Of a DNA stretch of 64,000 nucleotides, positions 1 through 23,619 are shown piece after piece; position 1 is the first letter of the stretch, and each line of letters opens with the position of its first letter. The DNA lies in NCBI GenBank assembly GCA_964035545.1, contig OZ037766.1, positions 19,952,767 to 20,016,766 of the forward strand, given 5' to 3'. The stretch comes from Bugula neritina. Its lineage: Eukaryota > Animalia > Bryozoa. The notes under the pieces are model-generated. The model was not told the DNA's origin. It ran no database searches and worked only from the letters and a program-made list of their open reading frames with translations. The position numbers were made by a program, and so were the translations under genes.

Positions 1-381
1 TATATTATTATAGAGTATTTGATAGATGAAAATAATATGAAATTATTGAAGAATAAAAAGAGCCACCAACATGTCTATAAAATGAAGATATATGTAAGAA
101 GAAAACTTCACTCTGCACTACATAACCTAAACAATATCAGCACAAATATCATATCTAACATATTTGAAATATTTGGGTAGTTGTTCAAGTACTTTATTAC
201 TTGTATACCTATTCATCTCAAATTCAAAAAATTAGCACTAAATAAGAGATTTTATTTCTATCAAATAATAACAGAAGAATAAATAGAAGAGCAAGGGGCA
301 ACAACTTCAATAATAAAACTGAACATACTTATCGAAAATAATACAGACCTACTCAACAGTTTAGCCTACAAATAGCACATG

Positions 382-11812
<11,431 letters not shown>

Positions 11813-14772
11813 GATACTCTAAGCCTAATGAATAATGAATCGATTAGAAGTCAGTGTACCCTTTTCTCAAAGTAAAATGATAAAATATTACTACCCGGTC
11901 CTGGTGTTCAAAACGATGCGTAACTTGCGCTGGCTACTAATACTAATACTTGGCTGTCACTTATGCACTGCTACGTCTATTCTTCGTCAAGGTGCATGAA
12001 TGGACAAATTTCTCTGTTTACATTTAGCAATCATAAGTCTGTGAAAATTATTAGCCTGCGATCTATGCATACTTATTTTATTGGTGTGACAACAAATAAC
12101 GGTTTTTTCAACAGAATGATAATATTTTCCTTCACGTTTAGGCTATTTGTTGTCAAATTTAAAGAGTTGTCCCACTTTAAACTCTGTCGTCTTGTTTAAA
12201 CAACTCTACGATATTCTTGAAGGTTTCATTGTATGCGAGTATATAATTCCAAATTGTGACAGTGCAAAGGTATAAATATTATTACAGTTGATGCGTAAAA
12301 ATACCATCACCATATTAAATCCTTGGCTATACCTAAACAAGATGGTTGCAATATTGAAGTCGTTTTGTCTATAGTATTTCATTATGTTTAGATTATAATG
12401 ACTTGATATAATTATACGTTTTAATTAGGAGTATTAATAATTTTAATTTACAAATCTTTTTTATTCTTTGTTGCGTCAGTTTCAATAGTGTTGTGAATTT
12501 GTTAATAATCAAACAACAGCTACTGTGAGATAGGCTGCTGTCATAGGCAGTTCTCATAATTGTGTTACTATCTATATGTCATATTACTAATTATAAGGTA
12601 TTTTAGTCTACAAAAAACAAGTCCATTCGGTTAAATACACAAAACATGTGCCTCTAATTGTTTACCCATGCAGCTTCTTGCAGAGCCGGACTGCACTTCA
12701 GTTATAAATTTCTTTCATATACAGGCTTCCGATTAAACTAATTTTATTTGTGGTATATACTTATATTTTATTGAACTAAAAAAACATTGTCAATAGGAAT
12801 ACATTTATTTATAAAAATATTGCTCAAATACTTTATGGATTTAGTACAAAAATAATGTTGATAAATGATAATGATACTATAATTACAACATAAAACTAAA
12901 ATAGTAATAAAGAGTATGATGGAATTATTATTAGTACTAAATATATCAAAAATCACACATCTATTAGTCAGTGAATAAAATTATGTAAGAGGAATATATG
13001 AAGTAATGGTTATGTGGATATCAAGGATGTCACAAAATTAAACTCATGGCTTGCAATAAAATATGACATCTAATACGATAAGTGGTATGGTTAGTGGCGA
13101 CAATAAAGATACGTCAGCTAGAATCATATGACATACAACAGCAAACAGTGAGAAGGAGAATATAGATAATATATAAAATTGATATAAGATAGAGGAGGTA
13201 GAAAGACAGGAGAAAATGTTTAAAACCAGAAACAACTTTACTAGAGCATACAGGCTGTAGAGAGCATAAAATCATTAATCCTAGAGAAAAGTCTGTCAAA
13301 ATAAATATAAGAGCCTACAAAGTCATATCTTAACGGCAAACAATAGTAACAAAAAGGGTATACTTGTGAAAAGTAGGTTAGTTGGAGAAACTCCCTAAAA
13401 GTTTTGAAAATACTTTAGATATGGAGTTTTAACACAAAGGCTTGGTGGAGTTTCAAAAGTTGTACTTTGAGCAGTAGTTTTTAAAATATGCCAGCTAGAC
13501 AACTGAAAAGAAATCTAGAAAATTAGTTGGCTAATTGCAAACTAAAAACATAACTGCTATATTTGTAGATACACTTTAAATAATAACATTATAATATAAG
13601 ACATATAATAACTTTATACAGTTAGACTTCATAATGATATATTAGGGGTAGCCATGTAGACCATCTTAAGGAGCTGCACAGTAGAAAAACTTGCCTGTAC
13701 ATTGTTTATGCTATGTTTGCTTTATAGATTCAGAGACCGGTCAAAGAGTTTAAGATAGTTTATTGCTCAAGATATTAAAGGTCCACTCTGGATAGATCTA
13801 AAAGCACAAACTGACTATTATTAATAACACGAATAACATAGTATAAACCTTTACAAACAAAGACAAAGTTTATTCAGCATATTATCAACATACATCAGAA
13901 GAATTATTATATAAAGTAAACTCATGATTTTTAGCCATGGGTTAGTGAACCTATATATAATTTAGAGTTTGTATTACATAAAAGTGCATGATTGGCTCAC
14001 ATTTGGTGCTTGTCAAGAATATGAGGTTTTGTAAGAAGTTAAAAGGAAATAAATAGTGTAGAAATAAAAACAATGGATCATGAAAATGTTTCATGATTAT
14101 ATCAATAAAAGGAAAGAAGAGTGTGGCTCATGACATGAGAACAATGTTAGATGTTGTGAACAATGAGGAATTTAAAAACAATAAGGATGACATACAAAGA
14201 TCAATTGCTATGGAAGAAGTTGGTGCTATTTTAACAAATTACAAAGACTGCATGCTGAGTTTTATTAGGAGTGTAAAAAGTAAATTATTGTTATTATAAA
14301 CATGATATTGGTTCTGAAATTATTATAGTGCTTTTGAGTTATCTTTTCAAAACCTTGAAAGTCTCCATTTTTACAGGGGAAGACAACTTTGATTAGATAA
14401 TTGCATAAATTAGTCATGATCATATATAATATATAATATTATAAATATGCAACCACTCTGTATATAAGTTAATACCAATTATATAAGTTTGTTAAGTAGT
14501 GTGTTGTAGATGTCATAATTAATTAAACAAAGCTAAACTACACTAGCTTTCAGTTTACATGCAATCACCAAAAAATAGTAGCTCAAGGAATAGTAGCCCC
14601 AAACTAAATAACATTTTTCCTAAACTGCATGAAAGGATCAATTAATATAACTTGTTGGTTTTTCTAAAATAACAAACATAATTGTACACAAGCTTTTTAA
14701 ATTAGAATAGGAGTCAAATTTAGTATCTATATAACTATCCCCATCCCTGCATTATAACATAATATAGGTTAA

Positions 14773-15010
14773 ATCTAGGGGGTTAGAGCACCTTAAGTCA
14801 TGGATTCCAATCTCAGTACAGGCCATTGGTGATGTTAGAAAGAGCACCCAGTCATGATTGCTCCTGTGCCTCATTTGAATAAGCTCTTATTCTGATTTAA
14901 CAAAAAAACCTTTCCATCAGGGGTTTTCTCAAAGGGATGGTGACTATAAACTTGCGCGAGTATTTTTATTAGGTGTTCACATCAGTATGAAGTAGTGAAG
15001 TTACCCAATA
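14773..15010 (+). mobile_element. tRNA-derived SINE copy (degenerate head)
   Basis: Aligns by eye with the copies at 44115-44321 (-) and 61974-62230 (+). Confidence 0.75.
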
Positions 15011-15322
15011 CTCCATGTTTCAAACTGTTTCTAGTGTTTCTTCCTCACTTGGGAGTTGTGTGGATCTCCAACATCATATTTTGCAGTTTGTAAATTCACT
15101 CAAGCGATTGGCTAATCTAAACCAGAATTATCTAAAACAATAGCAACAGTGGTGCATGATTGAGATATTATCTGGTTCTGGTGATCGAAAGGAAATGAAG
15201 AAGAGAAGAATGTTTTGATTTGACTTGTGTATGCACTACTGCAGTAAAAGTCATTACCAAAGTAATTAGAGCTCTTGGGATTATAGGACCATGGGCTAGG
15301 CAGAGTTCTTTGGGAAAATGTG

Positions 15323-15324
<2 letters not shown>

Positions 15325-15391
<67 letters not shown>
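15325..15391. repeat. (TA)n microsatellite
   Basis: Direct observation. Confidence 0.97.
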
Positions 15392-15393
<2 letters not shown>

Positions 15394-15450
15394 TTATAGC
15401 TTTATCTTATAGCTTTATCCCAGTAGTTTATAGGCTACCTCTTTGTTCTC

Positions 15451-15914
15451 GGTTTCATCCCACTTGGACGATTTTTTTATTTTGGTACAATATATAGTAA
15501 TATACAAATATAACTGGTGCATTATTACTGCTAAACATGAAATAAGCTACCAAGCTAGCTATTTGCTTTAATTCAATACTAATTTAGCTACAGTTTATTT
15601 TATTCAGAATAACAAAATATCATGCACAAATGCATTTCATGGTATTTCACATACTGCTACATTACAGCTTTTTCTTATTATATTTTGTCTACCTTTTACT
15701 TTTAACTTTAACGTTTGTGCAAGATGGCCTCTTATAGAAGCATTGTTACTGTAAGTGGCTTGCTGGTGGCTTCTTTGCTTTCTATTATGTGCTAAATAAT
15801 AGCATAAAATACATATATTACACTAAAATCTATAAATATCGTCTAGATGGGAAGCGACCATGCGTGAAACGTCTAAGTGGGAAATATCGCATAACGTCTA
15901 GCTGGGATGACACC
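15451..15914. mobile_element. Non-autonomous TIR element (MITE) with subterminal repeats and 8-bp TSD
   Basis: Left end GGTTTCATCCCACTTGGACG vs reverse complement of right end GGTGTCATCCCAGCTAGACG. Three CGTCTAnnTGGGA repeats at 15839-15907. Flanks TTGTTCTC (15443-15450) and TTGCTCTC (15915-15922). Confidence 0.75.
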
Positions 15915-16189
15915 TTGCTCTCATATCACCCTGTATTACATTTTATTTATAACAGGAAGTAATTGATTTTTGAGTGCAGAACACAGCTTACTTAATCTTG
16001 TGCGCGATGATGATACATGTGGGCTAAGAAATTCTCATGTAAATTGAATCGGAACAACCTCATACGGTAACGGGATAATAGCAGTAATAATATCATGTGA
16101 CAATCACTAAGGGTAAGAGTATTTAGTTATTTACTATTTCATTTATTAAGGTCAAGTCCAAGATTGAGAATGGTAATTCAGGTAATTCT

Positions 16190-16680
16190 AAATGTTAAGG
16201 ACAAGGTTAAGGTTAGACTGATCATATTGATATTCATATCATTTGAGTTTAATTTCAACTTTAGCGCTTAGCCCTTAGGCCTTAGGGCTTAGGGTTTAAC
16301 CTAAGCTTATCAGTTATCACTTAGCCTAATGGTAATAAAATAATAATAATATTACCTGGTAACTATTATTGAACATTTTTTATTAATTATTATTAATAAT
16401 ATTAATAAAACTAAAAGTAAAACTACTATCTCAGTATGAGTATCTGTAGTTACTATGTCATTGTCCTATAGTTCAAGTTATAGACTAAGACTATAACTAT
16501 AAGTGTAAGTATAACTATAATACTCACTCGCAATACTTAACTATTAGTATTAGTAATACTAATGTCTAATAGTAATACTAATACTATTAGTATTACTATT
16601 ACTATTAGTAATAGTAAATGTAATACTAATAGTGATCTTCCACTCTCTAAATGTGTATTACTATTAGTATTACGGTTCAT
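16190..16680. repeat. Low-complexity, roughly hexamer-periodic tract (TTAGGG-like, AACTAT, TAATAC/TTAGTA)
   Basis: Visible degenerate short repeats. Confidence 0.7.
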
Positions 16681-16699
16681 TAATAGCGCCAGGTTCTTG

Positions 16700-19600
16700 T
16701 CCATATTTATACAGATTAATCCAATACGCCCTAGGGCATTAAATGGATATGCATAATTATTGGTTTCATACTAAAATCAGCAAACAGGCATGACGGATTT
16801 AAATGGTACAGGGAGAGTAAAATGTTTGGCTACATTAGTGAATCGGGATCTTGCCCTTCAAGTATAGGTCTCATTCTGTTGTAAAAAGAAAACTTAAATT
16901 GGTCTAGACCAAAATGTGGGTTGAGTGTTCTCCGACGTGTTAAATATGAAGTATTAAAAGAAATATAATCAGTAAGCTGTACTTCATATAAACCAAACTC
17001 AATTCTTTTTAGAAAGTTCAAATCTAGGTGTTGTCTTTTTTCTTTGAGTTCTATATTGTTTTTTATCATGCACTCTGAAACACTCTCCACAGGACCGAGT
17101 CTGTACGCCCACTTAACAGCCCGTCTCTGAACTGTTTCCACCTTGTCTATTAATGTTTTAATGTAGGGTGACCATACCTGACTAGCATACTCAAGAACTG
17201 GTCGGACAACCGTATTAAAGGCTATCATTTTTGTCTCGGTACTAGGTACAGGCATCTTCCTATCATTGCTAACAATTTGTTTCCCTTTTTAACAGTGTTT
17301 ATTGTGTGTTCATGCCACTTAAGGTCACTTTGAATGTATACACCCAAGTATTTTAAACTGCAGGTTTGGGGTATGGCGACGCCATTCATAAAAAGCTTAA
17401 AACTGGGAAGATTTTTTCCTAGGGCCATATGCATACATTTGTTTGGGTTAAAACTCATGCCCCATTTAATAGACCAGTCATACAACGCTGTTACACTTTC
17501 TTGGGGTTTGGATGGTCCACATTCTGTTATATCCATACCTAACAAAGTATCATCAGCATATAGTCGACATTATAAATCATTTACACAGAGTGGCATGCCA
17601 TTTATAAATAACAAAAAAAGAAGAGGCCCTAAAACTGAGCCCTGAGGCACACCTGATGTAACGGCAAATTTGTGGGACTTCCTACCATTAACCAGTACCA
17701 TAGATGTTCTATTTGATAGCCACTGTTCAATCCATTTCACTGCATTCACATCAAACTTATAGGCTTTAATTTTGTGTATTAGAAGTTTGTGTGGGACCTT
17801 GTCAAAGGCCTTTGCAAAATCAAAAGATATAAGATGGTATGCTTTGTGCTTGGCTAGTATTTTAGCCGTATGGTGGACAACATCAAGCAATTGTGTGGTG
17901 GTACTGAACCTTTTGCGAAAGCCGTGTTGGTTATTATTGATAAGGTTGTAGTTATCTATGTGTTGCCACATAGAACTAGCAATAATATGTTCAATCAACT
18001 TTGATGTTATCAATGTGAGGCTAATAGGTCTATAATTTTTTGGCAGATCTTGTCTTCCACTTTTAAATATGGGGATTACATTGGCTGTTTTCCAGTCTTG
18101 TGGTACACTATTGTGATCTAAACTGGCCTGCATAACCAAAGTGAGACATAAAAAAAAATTTGGTACATTTTTACTAAATTCTCTGATACAGTACGAAAAT
18201 ATTTCATCTGGTCCACTGGCCTTTCGAATGTCTAGTTTCTTGATAAGATTGGTCAACCCTTCTATTGTTATGTTTAACATGGGCATGACCTGTAATGGTG
18301 GTACTTGTAATGCAAAGTCTGGTATGGGGTGAGTGTTGTCATTAAACACAGAGGAGAAAAAATCTGCAAATGAGTCAGGAATTCTTTCTGGTAAGGTATT
18401 TTCCAAGCAGCCAATATGGTTTGACTGTCCTCGGGATTTGCTAATAAAGTTGTAAAGAGGTTTGCTGTTACCATTTTGTGATTCATTTGTAATATGGCAT
18501 TCTATGAAATTTCTTTTTGTTGTATCAACTTCTGCCTTGATTGCCTTTTTAAGGCGTTCTAAATATAATAAGTTTCTTTTAGTAGGGTACTGCCTAAAGG
18601 CCTGGTAGGCACGATCCCTTCTCCTGATGGTGTGCAGCAATTCCCGTGTCATCCAAGGCCTGCCTTTGGGTCGTGAGAGCAGAGAGGGTACAAAATTTTC
18701 TAGTGAGTGCAAAGTCATGTCTCTAAAACGTTGCCATTTAATTCCAACAGGACAATCCTTGTCAGTAAGCTGTAGGAAGAGATCAGAAAAAAGACGGTTA
18801 ATTTCCTCAAAATTTGCTTTTTTATAATTGTCCTTTACTTTGCCATTGTTAGGGATATTTTTAGTATTTGGGTACAGTGTGTGAATCTCTGACATTCCTG
18901 GTAAGACCTTGCACTCTATATCAAAAAAATCAAAAAGAACAGATTCAACAAGGAACAGGTCCAGAGTATTGCCTTTCTTATGGGTGGGACCTTGCACAAG
19001 TTGCACTAAGTTGGAACATTTAAAAAGATCTAGGGCTTCCCTGTAAAAATATGGTTTTCTGGAAAATTCCCTTACTCTACCCTGACCGTCTGCTCATTCA
19101 ATGTCTGCCAGGTTAAAATCACCTACAAGCACCAAAGGGCATTTGGAGTTGTTATCATTAAGCATTTTAGAAAGTATCTCAAGATGGGATTCACTAGGTG
19201 GTCTGTAATATGTGACAAGATCGAGGCTTACTTGAGGAGAAATTAAAATAGTTGATATAAGGGATTCACCAGGACCATTGATGTTTCTGGTGATTTTTAA
19301 TGGTGAGGAGTTGTGAATGGCGATTAAAATACCACCTGCACCTTGTTTCCTATCGTTTCTGTAAACTGTGTATGTATCACCTAAAAGTTCATTGTCGTCA
19401 AAATTTGAGTCAATTTTAGTCTCAGTTATACATACTATATCTGGTCTTAATATCTCACTTTGTGCTTTGATAATGTTAAGTTTTCCTAACAACGAGTTGC
19501 TATTGAAATACAATATTTTGGCAGAGCTGTTGTTTGTTAGTTGTCTATTTTTACTACTTTGTGTTTTATTATTTTGTAAGTATTTGTTGGGTCTTCCTCT

Positions 19601-20770
19601 CGAGTCTTTTTCAACTTCATTCTTAGCCGAAAATCCGCCTCCCTTTCCTCTTTGGTAAGGTCAGGTTTGGCAAAAATCCCTTGCACTCGAAGTTGGTTTA
19701 TTCTTTTTATGATTTCCCATTTCTCTGCTCTTGATTTGGTGCATAGCTTGAGTGGCCTTGGTATATTCCTACCCTGTTTATCAACTTTGATGTTATTTAC
19801 CTTGCCTAATCTGTGCACATCTTGTTGTTCTATTTTATTACGAAGATGGCAGTCATGGATTAGTTTTTGAACTACTTCTAATGTTCCTTGTTTAGCATCG
19901 TTCTCTGCTAAACCAAAAATTATTAGATTTTTGTCTCTGATGTATCTTTGTTCCTGTTCTGTTTTTCTAATAGATTTGTCAGCAACACTGACAAGTACAT
20001 TAGAGTTTTTCTCCAGCTTTTTTACAGCCATTGCATAGGTTTGTTCTAGGGCCTCAAATTTAGGTTCTAAACTGTTGGAAACTAGAGACTTGATTTGATC
20101 TAGATTTTTTCAATGTGATTTAGCTGTAAATTATTTTTATTAGAAGGACCACTGCTACTGCAGTTTTTGCAAAACCATTTAACTCCTTTGGCTGACATGC
20201 GTGAGATAAACTCAGCCTCATCATTGTGCAAATCAGCACATTTCAAATAAAACCAGCACTGACACATGTCACAAGAGATAGTATCATCACCTTGATTTCT
20301 CAACTGGACTTTACATTGTCCACAACTGCCATTTGACTGTTCCATACTGCTACTGCTAGGATCAGAGCTAGCAGTAGGCTGGGAAGTTGCTCTTGATCTT
20401 AGCTTAGTTTTCACACCTGTAGGTGGCATACTTAAGCCAAACTCCGAGCTTGTCAAATGTAATAAGATTAAATATGGTAAAAGTATAGGTACCAGTCAAA
20501 AAAAATAAAAAAACTAAAAAGTCGAAGTATCAGTGTAGGTACCAGACCAATGAAAAATAAATAAAGTAATAAAATTTGTGGTTACTTCACAAAAAAGAAA
20601 TCACTCACTATCAGTAGTTATAGAACGATCACTCAATTGAGATAAAACCAAGTCCGAAAATCAACTAAAGTCTGGAAATTAAATCTAAATCTATGACTGG
20701 GTCTAAAAGTATAGGTACCGGTCAAGAAAAATAAAACAAGTTGAAGTATCAATGTAGGTACCAGACCATG
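16700..20770 (-). mobile_element. Near full-length CR1/L2-group LINE, frameshifted
   Basis: ORF1 has a PHD finger (20100-20456) plus an RRM-like part (19537-20031). ORF2 has an AP endonuclease (CITETK, GDFN; 19094-19513), an RT (NYRPISLT, FAKAFDKV, GVPQGSVLGP, YADD at ~17549-17560) and a CR1-type C-terminus (LKYLGV, VRPVLEYASQVWSP). A 3'UTR hairpin lies at ~16720-16748. Confidence 0.93.
17570..19006 (-). pseudogene. LINE ORF2 reverse transcriptase fragment
   Basis: 478-aa ORF with non-LTR RT motifs; frame broken just before YADD. Confidence 0.92.
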
Positions 20771-20777
20771 TCCTTAT

Positions 20778-21118
20778 TGTAATGGCTAGTAGAAGTGTAG
20801 TTATGACTTTCGTTCTATAACCTCCCGTTTGAAATGCGGAGAGACAATACGGCTGGTATACGAACCTTCCGGGCGATAACAGTTGAAGAGTTAGACTAAG
20901 AGAGAGTAGACTGTTTGATATATTAGAATCTAACTTGATATGCTAACGTAGTATACTGATGTAACTTGTTTTATGTTATCTATGTATTAAATATAGTTGT
21001 AGTTTCTTCTCACGGCAAACCAAGCGTAGTCTCTGTTGGATTAGGTAACTGTGGCGAATGCAATAATTAAAAGCACATTAGAACCCACCATAATACAATG
21101 ATTCCAGCAATTATTATA
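20778..21118 (+). repeat. 5' LTR of Gypsy element 1
   Basis: Begins TGTAAT, ends ATTATA (imperfect inverted termini), and is immediately followed by the PBS. Confidence 0.7.
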
Positions 21119-21119
21119 T

Positions 21120-21137
21120 TGGTGGCAGTGGTGAGAT
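21120..21137 (+). promoter_or_regulatory. Primer binding site, tRNA-Leu type
   Basis: TGGTGGCAGTGGTGAGAT, two mismatches from TGGTGGCAGCGGTGGGAT, the complement of the tRNA-Leu 3' end as I recall it. Confidence 0.75.
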
Positions 21138-23619
21138 CCTTGTGCAATGCGAGCATCTGCCAGACACTAATCTGGAACAAAGATGGCAGAAAATAATACC
21201 GAAATACCTCTGGAGACAGGAGAACAAGCTCGACACATGGAAGGTGAGCCTGCTTATACAGTAATCCAGGTAGGCTCCGTATTACAAGGAGAGGAGGCAT
21301 ATAGGTATCGCCTGAAAGCCCCTACTTCCACTGGACGGGAGGATGTAGAACAATTCATCCAAGAATTCAGTGATGTGGCAGACATCACTCAGTGGCCACC
21401 TAGAGTAGCCCTGATCCAACTGCGGCTGGCACTAACGGAACGGGCCAAGTCGTATGGACTAGGACCCAGCATTGACGGGATCTTCGCTGCTTTATGGGCC
21501 CGGTTCTGCATTTCCGCCATGGACACCAGGGCCTGTCTACAAGGACTGCGGCGCGACCCGGGCACACCCGTTCAAGAACATGCTACGATGAAAAAGTTGG
21601 CGCAGATCGCGTATAACAACTTGCCACCACCACACCAATCCCGCCTTTGTACAATCCCTCAATGATCTGGGTCTCCACCATCAGTTCCTGGCAAGAGGAT
21701 GCTTTGCGTGAAGGCGAAGCATACTTATTAGCTAACCAGCTACATAGGGGCCGTGTGAGTTCCCAGCAAATCAACGTAGTTCCCCTAGAAGATCACGGTG
21801 AGCATCTTTCCCCAACTCACATAGCGGTAGTCAGCGCCAGCTCACTGCTGGATGCTGAGGTCGTCCGCATGACCAAGATGATAGAGAAGCTGGTGGTGGT
21901 CCTCGCTCCCTCCGACACCACAAGCCCCGTCCAAAGATCCTTGCGGTCGTGGACGAGGCCACCATGGCGGCCGCCAGCCACTTGTTGGGAGTGTGGCACC
22001 CGATGACATTGAACTTCCACGGCCCGCAGATGTTTCTGCCCACCGCGGGCCGAGAATGAAGGATTCAATTAAGGGGAACCGCCGACCGTCCGTACAGACG
22101 CGACGGTACGCTCTTCAGGAATGGCAGGTACCACGAAGGACCAGTCGACCAGATAGGTGACCTGGTACCTTTACACTACCACTCACTAACAGTTTTGACC
22201 AGGTGGTGGAATCGGAACTCGAGGATGAACAAGACCTGGAATCTGAGCAGAAAACTCTTTTCCGCCGGCGGCCGGCCGTAATCACAAGATGTCCCGCCGA
22301 TCACGACTCAAACCGGAGGGGGTATTTCCTGCAGAAGTAGAACAGGCTGGGGGAGCACGGGTGCAGCCGCCTGGGGGCAGCTACTTCTTACCAGTCAAAG
22401 TCACCGGTAAGGCTGTCACCTTCCTGCTAGACTCCGGGCGCACCACAAACCTCCTGAGCCGTCGTCGCTTCTACAGAGCCGTTTAATGGAGAACATGGCA
22501 CATTGGCTGATGGGTCATGTATCCCCTTCTACGGTATCATCGAGTTGACAGGACCTGTTCGTGATCAAGTTATCTGAGAAACATTCATCGTCAGTCAACT
22601 CAAAGAAAATGCTATCCTCAGGATGCCGTTCTTGAAACGACACAGGTGTCACATTGACTTCAGTAAATCTGCAATGGTGATTGCCGGGCGAGAGCTCGCC
22701 TGTGTTGATAAATTTGGCCGTCCCCTAGTGGGAGGCGTGCAAATAGTACGGAACTGTACGATACCAGGCCGCTCCCGAGCTACCATTCACTGCAAAGTGA
22801 ACAATAGACAGATCTTGAGATCTAAGGGTGGTGGAAGGCGCGCACAATAGAATCCAGCTCCCCAGCAGTTTAAATCAGTTTACTGCGCGAGGAGAAATCT
22901 TAGTGCAATGCGTTAACCCCTTCACAGAGTCGGTGAAGCTACCGGCCAGGTCCATGGTCGGCCGGTTCCACTCTGTCCAGGAAGATGTTGGACCGTTGCT
23001 AGGAGATGCGACGGAGGACTCCCGACAGCGCCCGCAAAGAGGGCGAGGACCTGTCCCACCACACGTCCAGGAGTTGTACGAGACCGCCTGTCATGGCTGC
23101 GCGACCAATGACGAACGTCAGGGTATGGCGAAGTTGCTGCGCGAGTACAATGACGTGTTCAGTAGCGGGGACCATGAGGTATACCTGACGCGGGCCGTTC
23201 GTCATGAGATACAGTTGGCTGCGGGGACGATACCCATCCGGCAACCTACACGCAGGTTAGGGCCGGAAAAGGAGAAAGAGGTAAGCCGACAAGTCCGGAA
23301 TCTTCTGGACCGCGGCCTCATACAGCCAGCCCATAGCGCGTGGAGCTCGCCGGTCGTGTTGTTCCGGAAGAGAGACGGAAATTGTCGGTTCTGTGGTGAT
23401 TACCGTAAGCTTAACAGCGTGACCATACAGAACGCTTACCCTCTTCCATGCATTGATGAATCTCTGGACGCCCTAGCCGGCAGCAAGTACTTCAGTACGT
23501 TAGATTTGTTGAGCGATTACTGGCAGGTTCCCCTTAGTCACGATGCCCAGGAGAAGGCGGCATTCATCACATGGAACGGCTTATGGAAATGGAAGATGTT
23601 GTCATTTGAGTTGACCTCG

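Larger units (their letters stand above)
20778..23619 (+). mobile_element. Ty3/Gypsy LTR retrotransposon 1, 3'-truncated within RT
   Basis: Higher GC. gag fragments at 21183-22006 with a CWECG knuckle remnant; protease FLLDSG (~22420-22437); RT N-half (WSSPVV, DYRKLN, YPLP.IDESLDAL, FSTLDL..YWQV); ends abruptly at ~23619. Confidence 0.92.

Noticed and set aside
16190-16330. Interstitial telomeric array
   Set aside because: Only a couple of exact TTAGGG units within heterogeneous low-complexity sequence.
15929-16813. TIR element bounded by CCCTGTA...TACAGGG
   Set aside because: Only a 7-bp match, no TSD, and the right end falls in the LINE 3'UTR.
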